Assembly: GCA_963674595.2 (NCBI GenBank)
Contig: CAXXFV010000016.1
Span: 256,001-320,000, forward strand
Origin: a bacterium
GTDB lineage: Bacteria > Zhuqueibacterota > Zhuqueibacteria > Residuimicrobiales > Krinioviventaceae
DNA: 64,000 nt
Direction: 5' to 3'
The stretch's first letter is position 1, and the number at the start of each line of letters is the position of its first letter. Below, one piece after another: positions 30,442 through 38,538 of the stretch. The notes beneath the pieces are model-generated. The model ran no database searches, was not told where the DNA came from, and was given only the letters and a program-made list of their open reading frames with translations. The position numbers were made by a program, and so were the translations under genes.

Positions 30442-30744
30442 ATGAACGAACGAAAACCAAGAAGGACCTTTAGCAAAGAATTCAAAATTAAAACCGTTAA
30501 ATTGATCATTGATGGCCAACGACCATTAAAGGCAGTTTCCAGAGAATTAGATATACAACCAACAGTATTACGCAGTTGGAAACGCCAATATTTTAAAGAC
30601 CAGGAAGAAGCATTTCCTGGAAAAGGATATTTAAAGCCATCTGATCAGGAACTTTATGATCTAAAAAAACGAATCATTGACCTCGAAGAGGAGAATGAAA
30701 TCTTAAAAAAGGCAATGAGCATCTTCTCCAAACGACCGAAATGA
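30442..30744 (+). CDS. IS3 OrfA (HTH plus leucine zipper)
   Basis: RRTFSKEFK, LRSW, ENEILKKA. Confidence 0.9.
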   Translation: MNERKPRRTFSKEFKIKTVKLIIDGQRPLKAVSRELDIQPTVLRSWKRQYFKDQEEAFPGKGYLKPSDQELYDLKKRIIDLEEENEILKKAMSIFSKRPK

Positions 30745-31622
30745 AATATGAGTTTATATTTCTTCACCGCTCCAGATTTCGGTTGCTGAAGATGTGTCGA
30801 GCCTTTAAGGTCTCAAGGAGCGGATATTATGCCTGGCGAAGACGCGGTTGTAGTCAGCGTGAACTTGAAAATGAGAGATTGCTTAAGCTCATTAAACAGG
30901 TCCACGAACAAAGTCGATATATTTATGGCAGTCCGCGTATTACAGCCGAGTTAAAGTCAAAGAACCAAAGTTGCAGTAAAAATCGTGTTGCACGCTTGAT
31001 GCGAGAGAATAATATACGTTCAAAAATTAAGAAAAAATATAAAGCTACGACATATTCAAAACATAAATTTCGTGTTGCTGCAAATTTGTTAAAACAAAAC
31101 TTTCATGCTGAACAGCCGGACCAGATTTGGCTTTCTGATATTACTTATATCAAAGTCCGGAATCAGTGGATGTATCTGGTCGCGATTATGGATTTATTTT
31201 CCCGGCAGATTATTAGCTGGTCCTTGAGTCGTGACCTGTCTTTGGACTTTGTACTGAACGCTCTAAAGAAGGCTGTTATCAGTCGTGAACCGGAAAAAGG
31301 TTTAATCTTTCATTCAGATCGAGGTATTCAGTATGCAAGTATTGAAGTTAAAACATTTTTGAAAGAACATGGCATTATTCAAAGTATGAGTCGTAAAGGT
31401 GATTGTTATGACAATGCTGTTATGGAATCGTTTTTTAATACATTCAAATCAGAATTTTATTCTTTTGAGCGATTTGAATCCTTTCACGATGCTGAACAAA
31501 AAATCTTTGACTATATTGACATCTTTTATAATCACAAACGAATTCATTCAAGCTTGAATTATATTTCACCTGTTAACTTTGAAAAACAATTTAATCAAAA
31601 ACGAACTTATCTTTGTGTCTGA
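30741..31622 (+). CDS. IS3 OrfB DDE transposase
   Basis: YGSPRI, WLSDITY, HSDRGIQY, GDCYDNAVMESF, YNHKRIHSSL. Confidence 0.93.
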   Translation: MKYEFIFLHRSRFRLLKMCRAFKVSRSGYYAWRRRGCSQRELENERLLKLIKQVHEQSRYIYGSPRITAELKSKNQSCSKNRVARLMRENNIRSKIKKKYKATTYSKHKFRVAANLLKQNFHAEQPDQIWLSDITYIKVRNQWMYLVAIMDLFSRQIISWSLSRDLSLDFVLNALKKAVISREPEKGLIFHSDRGIQYASIEVKTFLKEHGIIQSMSRKGDCYDNAVMESFFNTFKSEFYSFERFESFHDAEQKIFDYIDIFYNHKRIHSSLNYISPVNFEKQFNQKRTYLCV

Positions 31623-32093
31623 TTTTTCGGGTAAAGTTCATAGTATGTTTTTTCATCATCAAGCACCTCTGTGAAATGAAAATACAGTATTTAACATAAT
31701 ATCCCGGACCCTTAAAAAAATGAATGAGAAAATAATTAATTAACAGCCCCGGATAAATTATTCCGTTAGACAACCAATTTTTATGTACAATTAGATTATA
31801 AATATGATCATTAAAACTCCCCATAGAGTTGTTATTTGGATAGTTATTGTTTTATAATATTTACATTTTCAGACAAAGTCAAGTATTCTTTACACATCAT
31901 TCCGGAAGGACCTCGCCGGAAGAAAAGAATGTCTATGGGAAAGGGAGTATTTTTTTAACATGAAAGCTCGTGTGGTCATGCCTGGGAGACAGGCATCCGG
32001 AGAAAAGTTTGGTTTCCGGATTGCCGCTTGTGTAATAATGTCAGTGAAGGGGCGGTTTTGTTGAATAAATTTAACCGTACCTGTATATTTTTC

Positions 32094-32122
32094 TTGATGC
32101 AAATGGATTTGTTTAGTATCAT
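32094..32122 (+). promoter_or_regulatory. Sigma70-like promoter (twin of the one at 27967)
   Basis: TTGATG-17 nt-TATCAT. Confidence 0.5.
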
Positions 32123-32167
32123 ATACCTTAAAAATACCTTGGTGTTATCCTAAAAAAGAGACCTGTT

Positions 32168-32740
32168 TTGATAAAAAAAGTCATTTTGTTTTTTTTCGTT
32201 ATCCCCCTTTGTTTTTCCTGTACCCAACAGCCCACTGTTGTTTTGGAAACAGACCAGGGAAGTATTGTCTTAGAGTTGTACCCGGAAAAGGCCCCGGTTA
32301 GCGTTGGTAATTTTTTAAAATATCTTGATGAAAAAAGAGCAGAAAAAGCAGAGTTTTTTCGGACCGTGACTTTGGATAATCAACCCAGGGACAGTATAAA
32401 AATTGAGGTCGTGCAGGCCAGATTACTAGTCGACAAGGATAAAATGCTTCCGTCGATTCCCCATGAAACAACAGCAGAGACCGGCTTGTTACATAAAGAC
32501 GGCACTGTTTCCATGGCCCGAGCTGAACCGGGTACGGCAGCACATCATTTTTTTATCTGTATCAATGATCAACCGCAACTGGATTTTGGCGGTAAAAGAA
32601 ATCCCGATGGACAGGGTTTTGCCGCTTTCGGGTGTGTTATAAAAGGAATGGAAGTGGTCCGTAAAATGCATCAGATGCCGGCAGAAGGGCAATATTTAAA
32701 AGAGCCTGTTTTGGTTAATTTGTTTAAGGCCGGCCCGTAA
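32168..32740 (+). CDS. Cyclophilin-type peptidyl-prolyl isomerase, lipoprotein
   Basis: Lipobox CFSC; APVSVGNFLKY, HKDGTVSMAR, FFIC, GFAAFG. Confidence 0.88.
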   Translation: MIKKVILFFFVIPLCFSCTQQPTVVLETDQGSIVLELYPEKAPVSVGNFLKYLDEKRAEKAEFFRTVTLDNQPRDSIKIEVVQARLLVDKDKMLPSIPHETTAETGLLHKDGTVSMARAEPGTAAHHFFICINDQPQLDFGGKRNPDGQGFAAFGCVIKGMEVVRKMHQMPAEGQYLKEPVLVNLFKAGP

Positions 32741-32822
32741 TATATGACAATCGTTCGTATATATTTGTGATTTGCGACTTTTATTAATATTGAACAGCGA
32801 AAATGGAAAAGTTGAGAAGAGT

Positions 32823-33947
32823 ATGATCCGTGAAATTGAAGCTAAAAAATTACTAACAAAACATAATAAAATAGATTCCTGGTTTCTCAGCCATTATAGT
32901 ATGAATATTTACCGGGGATGCGGCCATAATTGTCTTTATTGTGATGGCCGGTCTGAAGAGTATTATGCTGACGGTGAATTTGGTGAAGATATCGTGGTTA
33001 AAGTTAATGCCCCGGAGATATTAAACCGTGAGCTTGATCCGGAGCGCCGCCGTATTCCCTTAAAGAAAAGTTATTTATTGCTTGGCGGAGGCGTTGGAGA
33101 TTGTTATCAGGATGTTGATATAGAGTACCAACTGACCCGGCAAATTCTGGAAATTATTGAAAAATATGAGTGGCCGGTTCATATTTTAACCAAATCAACC
33201 CTTGTTTTACGTGATCTGGATATTATTAAGCGCATTCATGAAAAATCGGGAGCTATTGTAAGTTTTAGTTTTTCATCTGTAAATGAAAATTTGGGTTATA
33301 TTTTTGAATCGGGTGTGCCGACTCCTAAAGAACGTTTAAAAGCAATATCGAAACTGAGAAAGGCAGGCATTCCCTGCGGTATGTTTTTAATGCCGGTTTT
33401 ACCGTTTATTTCCGATACGCCTGGTGAATTAAAAAAGTCTTTAAAAGCAGCCCACAAGGCCGGTGTTGAATTTGTCTTTTTTAGCGGAATGACTTTAAAA
33501 GATGGACCGCAAAAAGATTGCTATTATGAACTTTTAAATGATTTCTTTCCACATCTAATTGCGGAGTATGATGTGATTTATCAGGGGAATAGGTGGGGTG
33601 AAGCTTCCGAGTCTTATTATCGTATGTTGAACCTTGCGTTTTACAATGCCATGAAAAAATTCAAGATTCCGAAACGTATTCCCAGAGAATTATTCCAGGG
33701 TATATTAAATGAAAATGATTATGTGTCCGTACTTTTGGAACATATTGATCATTATTTGACTGTTAAAGGTGAAAAAGCACCCTTTAGTTTTGCGGCGCGA
33801 ACGATTGCTCAATTGGAGGAACCTGTTTCCGAATTTCGCAATAAATTGCAGCGATTGCAGGGCGTGAGTCCGACCGCCGAACAACTGATTCTGGATATTT
33901 TAGACTATGGTACATGTCAGTATTATGAAATGCTCGTAAAAGAATAG
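32823..33947 (+). CDS. Radical SAM protein (SplB/Rv2578c-like) with C-terminal HhH domain
   Basis: YRGCGHNCLYCD, ILTKS..VLRDLD, MPVLPFISD; C-terminal LQRLQGVSP HhH. Confidence 0.82.
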   Translation: MIREIEAKKLLTKHNKIDSWFLSHYSMNIYRGCGHNCLYCDGRSEEYYADGEFGEDIVVKVNAPEILNRELDPERRRIPLKKSYLLLGGGVGDCYQDVDIEYQLTRQILEIIEKYEWPVHILTKSTLVLRDLDIIKRIHEKSGAIVSFSFSSVNENLGYIFESGVPTPKERLKAISKLRKAGIPCGMFLMPVLPFISDTPGELKKSLKAAHKAGVEFVFFSGMTLKDGPQKDCYYELLNDFFPHLIAEYDVIYQGNRWGEASESYYRMLNLAFYNAMKKFKIPKRIPRELFQGILNENDYVSVLLEHIDHYLTVKGEKAPFSFAARTIAQLEEPVSEFRNKLQRLQGVSPTAEQLILDILDYGTCQYYEMLVKE

Positions 33948-33948
33948 G

Positions 33949-35055
33949 CTATAGAACTTGTTTTAATGAACTATAGTTAAATTCATGGGCCGCTTCATAA
34001 AGCGCCAAAATATTTTCCAGCGGGGCATCATAGGGAATGCTGTTTTCCGGACTGATAATTAATCCTCCGTTGTAACCCACTGTTTTGATGCGTGTTTCAA
34101 CCTGACTTTTAACATCCTGAACCGTTCCGTTTGGAATCGTGTCCTGCACACAAATAGTGCCGTGAAATGTTAGTGAATTCCCAAATTTTTGTTTTATTTT
34201 TGCCGGGTCCATACAAGCCGATTGGATTGGATTCAGAATATCTATGCCGCAATCAATAAGCATGGGAATAATTTCTTCAATGTTACCGTCACTATGATAC
34301 AGGATCTTTACATCCGGATTGGCATTTTTAACAGCTTTAATAAGGTTTGTAAAACGCGGTACATCAAATCGTTCAAACATCGGCGCCGAAAACATCATAC
34401 CATTTTGGCCGGCCACATCGCCGACAACGGCGATAATATTATACCCTGCTTGTGCAGCCAGAACAGCTTTTTGCTGTTGAAATAAATAAAGCAGATCATA
34501 GAATTGTTCGACAAATCCCGGATTGATAACCATTTGCATCATTAAATTTTCATATCCGCATATATGCCAGGCCAGTTTAAATGGAAATTCGATTTCAGTA
34601 ATTGTGATATTTTGTTGAAAAGGTTGTAATGTTTTTGTTATTTCATCTGTCGAGGGGTAAATAACCTCCGGCAAATGCCATTCTTCAAGAGACTCTTTGC
34701 CGTTTAACGGTCCGTCTTTCCATTCCACATATTTACGGTCATCGCCGATTCGTCTGATAATTCCCCACTGGTCTTCAAACGTTTGTTTGTCATGAAAAAT
34801 ATACGATTGACCCTGCCCCGGAGCATCACCTTCCAGAATGCCATTGATTTGTTTTTCAAATTGCGGGTACCGGGCCGGTACCGGAATCCAGCGAAAATCT
34901 ATTCCCAGTTTTTGAAAAACAGTCTCAGTATCATCTGTTTTAAAATGTTCTTTCAAGGCCTGGATCGTTTCACTGCGGGGCCAAATCAAATCCAAAGGCA
35001 GCCTGTCCGGTATTTTATGCTCAAGTGTTAATCGAAATCTTTCATGTGGTGTCAA
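33949..35055 (-). CDS. URO-D-family protein, copy 3
   Basis: PDRLPLD, DQWG, GDVAGQ, YHSDG, LNPIQ, HGTICVQ, GGLIISP. Confidence 0.85.
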   Translation of the reverse strand: MTPHERFRLTLEHKIPDRLPLDLIWPRSETIQALKEHFKTDDTETVFQKLGIDFRWIPVPARYPQFEKQINGILEGDAPGQGQSYIFHDKQTFEDQWGIIRRIGDDRKYVEWKDGPLNGKESLEEWHLPEVIYPSTDEITKTLQPFQQNITITEIEFPFKLAWHICGYENLMMQMVINPGFVEQFYDLLYLFQQQKAVLAAQAGYNIIAVVGDVAGQNGMMFSAPMFERFDVPRFTNLIKAVKNANPDVKILYHSDGNIEEIIPMLIDCGIDILNPIQSACMDPAKIKQKFGNSLTFHGTICVQDTIPNGTVQDVKSQVETRIKTVGYNGGLIISPENSIPYDAPLENILALYEAAHEFNYSSLKQVL

Positions 35056-35152
35056 CGTCGTGTTCCTTTATGTTGTTTTTTCAGTTAACAAATATATAAA
35101 ATGTTTCCAGAAAAACAAACTGTTCCTGCATCCGACGCCTTAAAAGTGTAAA

Positions 35153-35494
35153 TTATTTAATTTCCGTATAACTGTCCGGAGCGAATTTTTCCAGCCACAA
35201 GTTATAAAGTGTATCCAGTTCGCTGTCCGGGTCTTTCTTTTTATCTTTTGTATCCAAAACGTCCAGAATTTCAAAGGAAATATTATCTGGTCCAAATTCA
35301 TTATACTGCTTTTGTAATTCCTTACAATGGTGGTTTCCCATACGCAACACGAATTTATATCGATTAAGCAGCGCATTTAAATTTTTGCTTTTACATAAAA
35401 ATATGTGTCCGCTTTTTATGCTTTTTATTTGAACAATACCCATAGGTATGTCGCTGTTTTTATAATCATTTTTTAATTGAGAACGGTCCTGCAT
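35153..35494 (-). CDS. Small GIY-YIG-like protein (degenerate)
   Basis: MGIVQIK..SGHIFL..SKNL...NR..F.L..G.H..KELQ..YN..G...FEIL; ATG35494 follows GGAG. Confidence 0.7.
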   Translation of the reverse strand: MQDRSQLKNDYKNSDIPMGIVQIKSIKSGHIFLCKSKNLNALLNRYKFVLRMGNHHCKELQKQYNEFGPDNISFEILDVLDTKDKKKDPDSELDTLYNLWLEKFAPDSYTEIK

Positions 35495-35510
35495 ATATAA
35501 CTCCAAATAA

Positions 35511-36098
35511 TTAAATTCCGAATGTTAATTTTTCATAATCAAAACTTTTATCTGTCAGCCAATAAATATCTTTTTCGCGTTTCATAAGCCCCAGATCAAT
35601 AAAATAACGTCGTACTGTGCAATAATCCTCGAAATAATTACCAATTGTTTCGTTAATTTGTTTTTCCGTATATTTTTTGTCTTTTTCAAACGCATGATAT
35701 ATTTTTTCAATGACGATCAGCCGTTTTTTATATTGGGCAGGCAGTTTTATCAGTTTCCCGTTTTTGTAAAATGTTTCAAGCACTTTTTCTTTGTATTTAT
35801 CAATTCGTTCCTGCTGCATTAGTTTTTCATAATTTTCAAAGGAAATTAAATTTTGCAGGGACAGGTTAAAGATTGATTTATTAATTTTGTAAATTACATA
35901 ATACTGTTGTTTCTCTTTAATGACCAGGTCTGCCTGTTCCAGTTTTTTTAAATGAAAAGAGACTGTTGACGGCGCAAGGTTTAATATTTGGGACATTTCT
36001 TCAACATAATGCGGTTTTTCTATTAAAACATTGAGTATCATCAACCGGGAGGTGTCGGCCAATGCTTTCATAATCTGAATGCTTTGTTTTATTGTCAT
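35511..36098 (-). CDS. ArsR/SmtB regulator fused to DUF2087
   Basis: KALADTSRL..STVSFHLKKL; C-terminal LPAQYKKR..YTEKQIN..DYCTVRRYFID. Confidence 0.85.
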   Translation of the reverse strand: MTIKQSIQIMKALADTSRLMILNVLIEKPHYVEEMSQILNLAPSTVSFHLKKLEQADLVIKEKQQYYVIYKINKSIFNLSLQNLISFENYEKLMQQERIDKYKEKVLETFYKNGKLIKLPAQYKKRLIVIEKIYHAFEKDKKYTEKQINETIGNYFEDYCTVRRYFIDLGLMKREKDIYWLTDKSFDYEKLTFGI

Positions 36099-36107
36099 AA
36101 TAACCTC

Positions 36108-36188
36108 ATTTGATTCTATTTTTATCGAATTAAATTTACGAATATATTTATTTTATGTCAATCTGTTTTTGCGTTTATCGAATTAAAT
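36108..36188 (-). promoter_or_regulatory. Promoter and operator of the ArsR-DUF2087 operon
   Basis: TTGACA(36161-36156)-17-TAAATT; 12-4-12 IR at 36108-36135; 15-mer TTTATCGAATTAAAT at 36121 and 36174. Confidence 0.6.
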
Positions 36189-36229
36189 CGCAAATTTTTC
36201 ACAAATGAAAAACAAGTTGATAAATTAGC

Positions 36230-36258
36230 TTGACATTTTTGGGTTTAATTTGTACTTT
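36230..36258 (+). promoter_or_regulatory. trp operon promoter
   Basis: TTGACA-17 nt-TACTTT. Confidence 0.7.
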
Positions 36259-36284
36259 AATCAAAATTTAAAAGTGAGAAAGTA

Positions 36285-36365
36285 ATGAAAAATTTAATTC
36301 CGACAATCTCTTTGCAAAATTGGTGGTGGCGTACAATAAGAAAAGGTGCGTCCCTGTCGGAATAA
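36285..36365 (+). CDS. trpL: trp leader peptide MKNLIPTISLQNWWWRTIRKGASLSE
   Basis: Three tandem TGG codons at 36321-36329, between the promoter and the terminator; absent from the ORF track. Confidence 0.9.
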   Translation: MKNLIPTISLQNWWWRTIRKGASLSE

Positions 36366-36387
36366 TACATATATATTAATAAAGTTT

Positions 36388-36422
36388 AACGCCGTGGATG
36401 CATCGCATTCACGGCGTTTTTT
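36388..36422 (+). terminator. trp attenuator terminator 1
   Basis: AACGCCGTGGATGC-atc-GCATTCACGGCGTT followed by Ts. Confidence 0.88.
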
Positions 36423-36427
36423 ATTTT

Positions 36428-36464
36428 AAGCGCTGTGAAAAAATAGAATCACAGCGCTTTTTTT
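36428..36464 (+). terminator. trp attenuator terminator 2
   Basis: AAGCGCTGTGA-10 nt-TCACAGCGCTT, T run 36458-36464. Confidence 0.8.
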
Positions 36465-36486
36465 GTTTAAACACGTGGAGAACAAG

Positions 36487-37983
36487 ATGACCCTGACTTC
36501 CTATGAAAATTTTTTAAACCAGATTAAAGAGAGTAAAATAGCCGCCGTTAGTACCGATGTTTTAGTTGATATGGAAACACCGGTTTCTACCTTTATCAAG
36601 GTCACCCAGGGTGACTATCGGTTTTTATTGGAAAGTGTTGAAAAAGGTGTGCAACGTGGACGCTATTCAATTATCGGTGATTCGCCGCTCGTGATATTCA
36701 AGGCTAAAAACCATTCAACAGAATTATTTGATGTTGTCAAGCAAACCGTAAAAAAGTTTGATGAAAATCCTTTCGATATTTTACAAACTCTTTTTAAAGA
36801 ATACGCCCATGAATCGCTGGTTGATATTCCGTTTATACACGGCGGTCTTTTTGGCTATTTTGGTTATGATACCATTCGCTATATTGAAAAGCTACCGGAC
36901 ACGACAAAAGATGATGTGCAATTGCCCGACATCCATGCATTTGTGCCCGGGCGTATCATCGTTTTTGATAACCTTGTTAACAAAATATCCGTTATTCGAT
37001 TTGTCATTCCGGGAAATGATCCGAAAAAAGACTACGATGAGGCTTTTAAGGAAATATCCGAAATTTGCAGAACATTAAAATCAGGTCAAATGTCAAATAA
37101 CGGGCATTCCAATCCCGTAAAAAATATTTCCTCAGGTTTTACCTCCAACGTTGAAAAGCAGGATTTTATTGAAATGGTGGAGAAAACCAAAAAATATATT
37201 CAACAGGGCGATATTTTTCAGGGAGTTTTATCACAACGACTTGAGGTTGAAACAGAGGCAGAGCCCTTTAATATTTACCGTGCGTTGCGTGTTATCAACC
37301 CGTCTCCCTATATGTATTATTTGGAAATGGACGATGTCAAGGTAATCGGTTCATCACCGGAAGCGCTTGTAAAACTGACAGACGGCCGTGTTTCCGTAAA
37401 GCCTATTGCCGGCACCCGTAAACGGGGAGCGAATGATGATGAAGATGATGCACTCATTCAGGATTTATTAAATGATCCAAAGGAGCGGGCGGAACATACC
37501 ATGCTGGTTGATCTGGGTCGAAACGACGTCGGACGGGTGGCTGAGTATGGCAGTGTTGCTGTTGAGGATTTTATGACCATTGAAAAATATTCTCATGTTA
37601 TCCATATCGTTTCAACCGTCTCCGGCCAATTAAGGCCAAAACAAAACGCTGTGGATGTTTTTAAAGCTTGTTTTCCGGCTGGTACGGTTTCCGGGGCGCC
37701 CAAAGTGAGAGCCATGGAAATTATCGAAGAACTGGAACCCACACGCCGGGCCATATACTCGGGTGCGGTCGGTTATTTTAATTTTAACGGCGATATGGAC
37801 GTGTGTATTGCTATCCGAACGATTTATTATAAAGACGGTAAGGCTTATTTACAGGCAGGAGCCGGTATTGTAGCCGATTCCGTCCCGGAGAATGAATATG
37901 AAGAAACGCTCAATAAAGCAAGAGGCCTGCTAAGAGCGATTGAATATGCTGAAGGAGGATTGGATGATTTTATTCATAGATAA
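36487..37983 (+). CDS. trpE: Anthranilate synthase component I
   Basis: FLLESVE, NPSPYM, GSSPE, PIAGT, EHTMLVDLGRND, GAPKVRAM; ATG36487 follows GGAG. Confidence 0.95.
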   Translation: MTLTSYENFLNQIKESKIAAVSTDVLVDMETPVSTFIKVTQGDYRFLLESVEKGVQRGRYSIIGDSPLVIFKAKNHSTELFDVVKQTVKKFDENPFDILQTLFKEYAHESLVDIPFIHGGLFGYFGYDTIRYIEKLPDTTKDDVQLPDIHAFVPGRIIVFDNLVNKISVIRFVIPGNDPKKDYDEAFKEISEICRTLKSGQMSNNGHSNPVKNISSGFTSNVEKQDFIEMVEKTKKYIQQGDIFQGVLSQRLEVETEAEPFNIYRALRVINPSPYMYYLEMDDVKVIGSSPEALVKLTDGRVSVKPIAGTRKRGANDDEDDALIQDLLNDPKERAEHTMLVDLGRNDVGRVAEYGSVAVEDFMTIEKYSHVIHIVSTVSGQLRPKQNAVDVFKACFPAGTVSGAPKVRAMEIIEELEPTRRAIYSGAVGYFNFNGDMDVCIAIRTIYYKDGKAYLQAGAGIVADSVPENEYEETLNKARGLLRAIEYAEGGLDDFIHR

Positions 37984-38527
37984 TTATGATTCTTTTACCT
38001 ATAACCTGGTACAATATACCGGTTCTTTCGGACATGAGGTGCATGTTGTTCGAAATGATTCGGTAACAATAGCGGAAATAGAAAAATTAAATCCGAAAAA
38101 GATCATTGTTTCGCCCGGTCCCGGATACCCTGTTGACGCGGGAATTTCTATGCAGGTTATATCACATTTTAAAGATCGGTGTCCGATCCTGGGTGTATGC
38201 CTGGGGCATCAGTCTATTGCCGAGGTGTTTGGCGGTAAGGTTGTTCCGGCACAAGAACTGGTACACGGGAAAAGCAGTTTGATATTTCACGATGGCAAAT
38301 CTGTCTTTGAAAATATAACAAATCCTTTTACCGGCGGACGTTACCATTCTCTGGTTGTTGAAAAAGATTCTTTACCGGATTGTCTGCAAATAACGGCTGA
38401 AACAAAAGACGGTTTTATAATGGGAATTCGTCATAAGACATTTCCGGTTGAAGGTGTGCAATTTCATCCGGAATCGGTTTTAACGGATGAGGGTTTGAAA
38501 ATAATGCAAAATTTTTTGAATCAATAG
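37964..38527 (+). CDS. trpG: Anthranilate synthase component II
   Basis: IDNYDSFTYN, SPGPG, GVCLGHQ, QFHPES. Confidence 0.95.
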   Translation: MILFIDNYDSFTYNLVQYTGSFGHEVHVVRNDSVTIAEIEKLNPKKIIVSPGPGYPVDAGISMQVISHFKDRCPILGVCLGHQSIAEVFGGKVVPAQELVHGKSSLIFHDGKSVFENITNPFTGGRYHSLVVEKDSLPDCLQITAETKDGFIMGIRHKTFPVEGVQFHPESVLTDEGLKIMQNFLNQ

Positions 38528-38538
38528 ATGAGGTTGTC

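Larger units (their letters stand above)
30373..31640 (+). mobile_element. IS3-family insertion sequence (1268 bp)
   Basis: TG...CA ends; IRL TGACCTTTACCTAATATTGTAGACAC vs IRR (reverse complement) TGAACTTTACCCGAAAAATCAGACAC, 18/26 identical; orfA and orfB. Confidence 0.92.

Noticed and set aside
31900-31920. TCCGGAAGGA resembles the SRP RNA loop
   Set aside because: Lacks the flanking CAGG and AGCAG elements and the long stem
35089-35119. Bacteroidetes-type promoter TTTG-19-TATATTTG before URO-D copy 3
   Set aside because: Equally readable as a sigma70 promoter, and other promoters in the window are TTGACA-type
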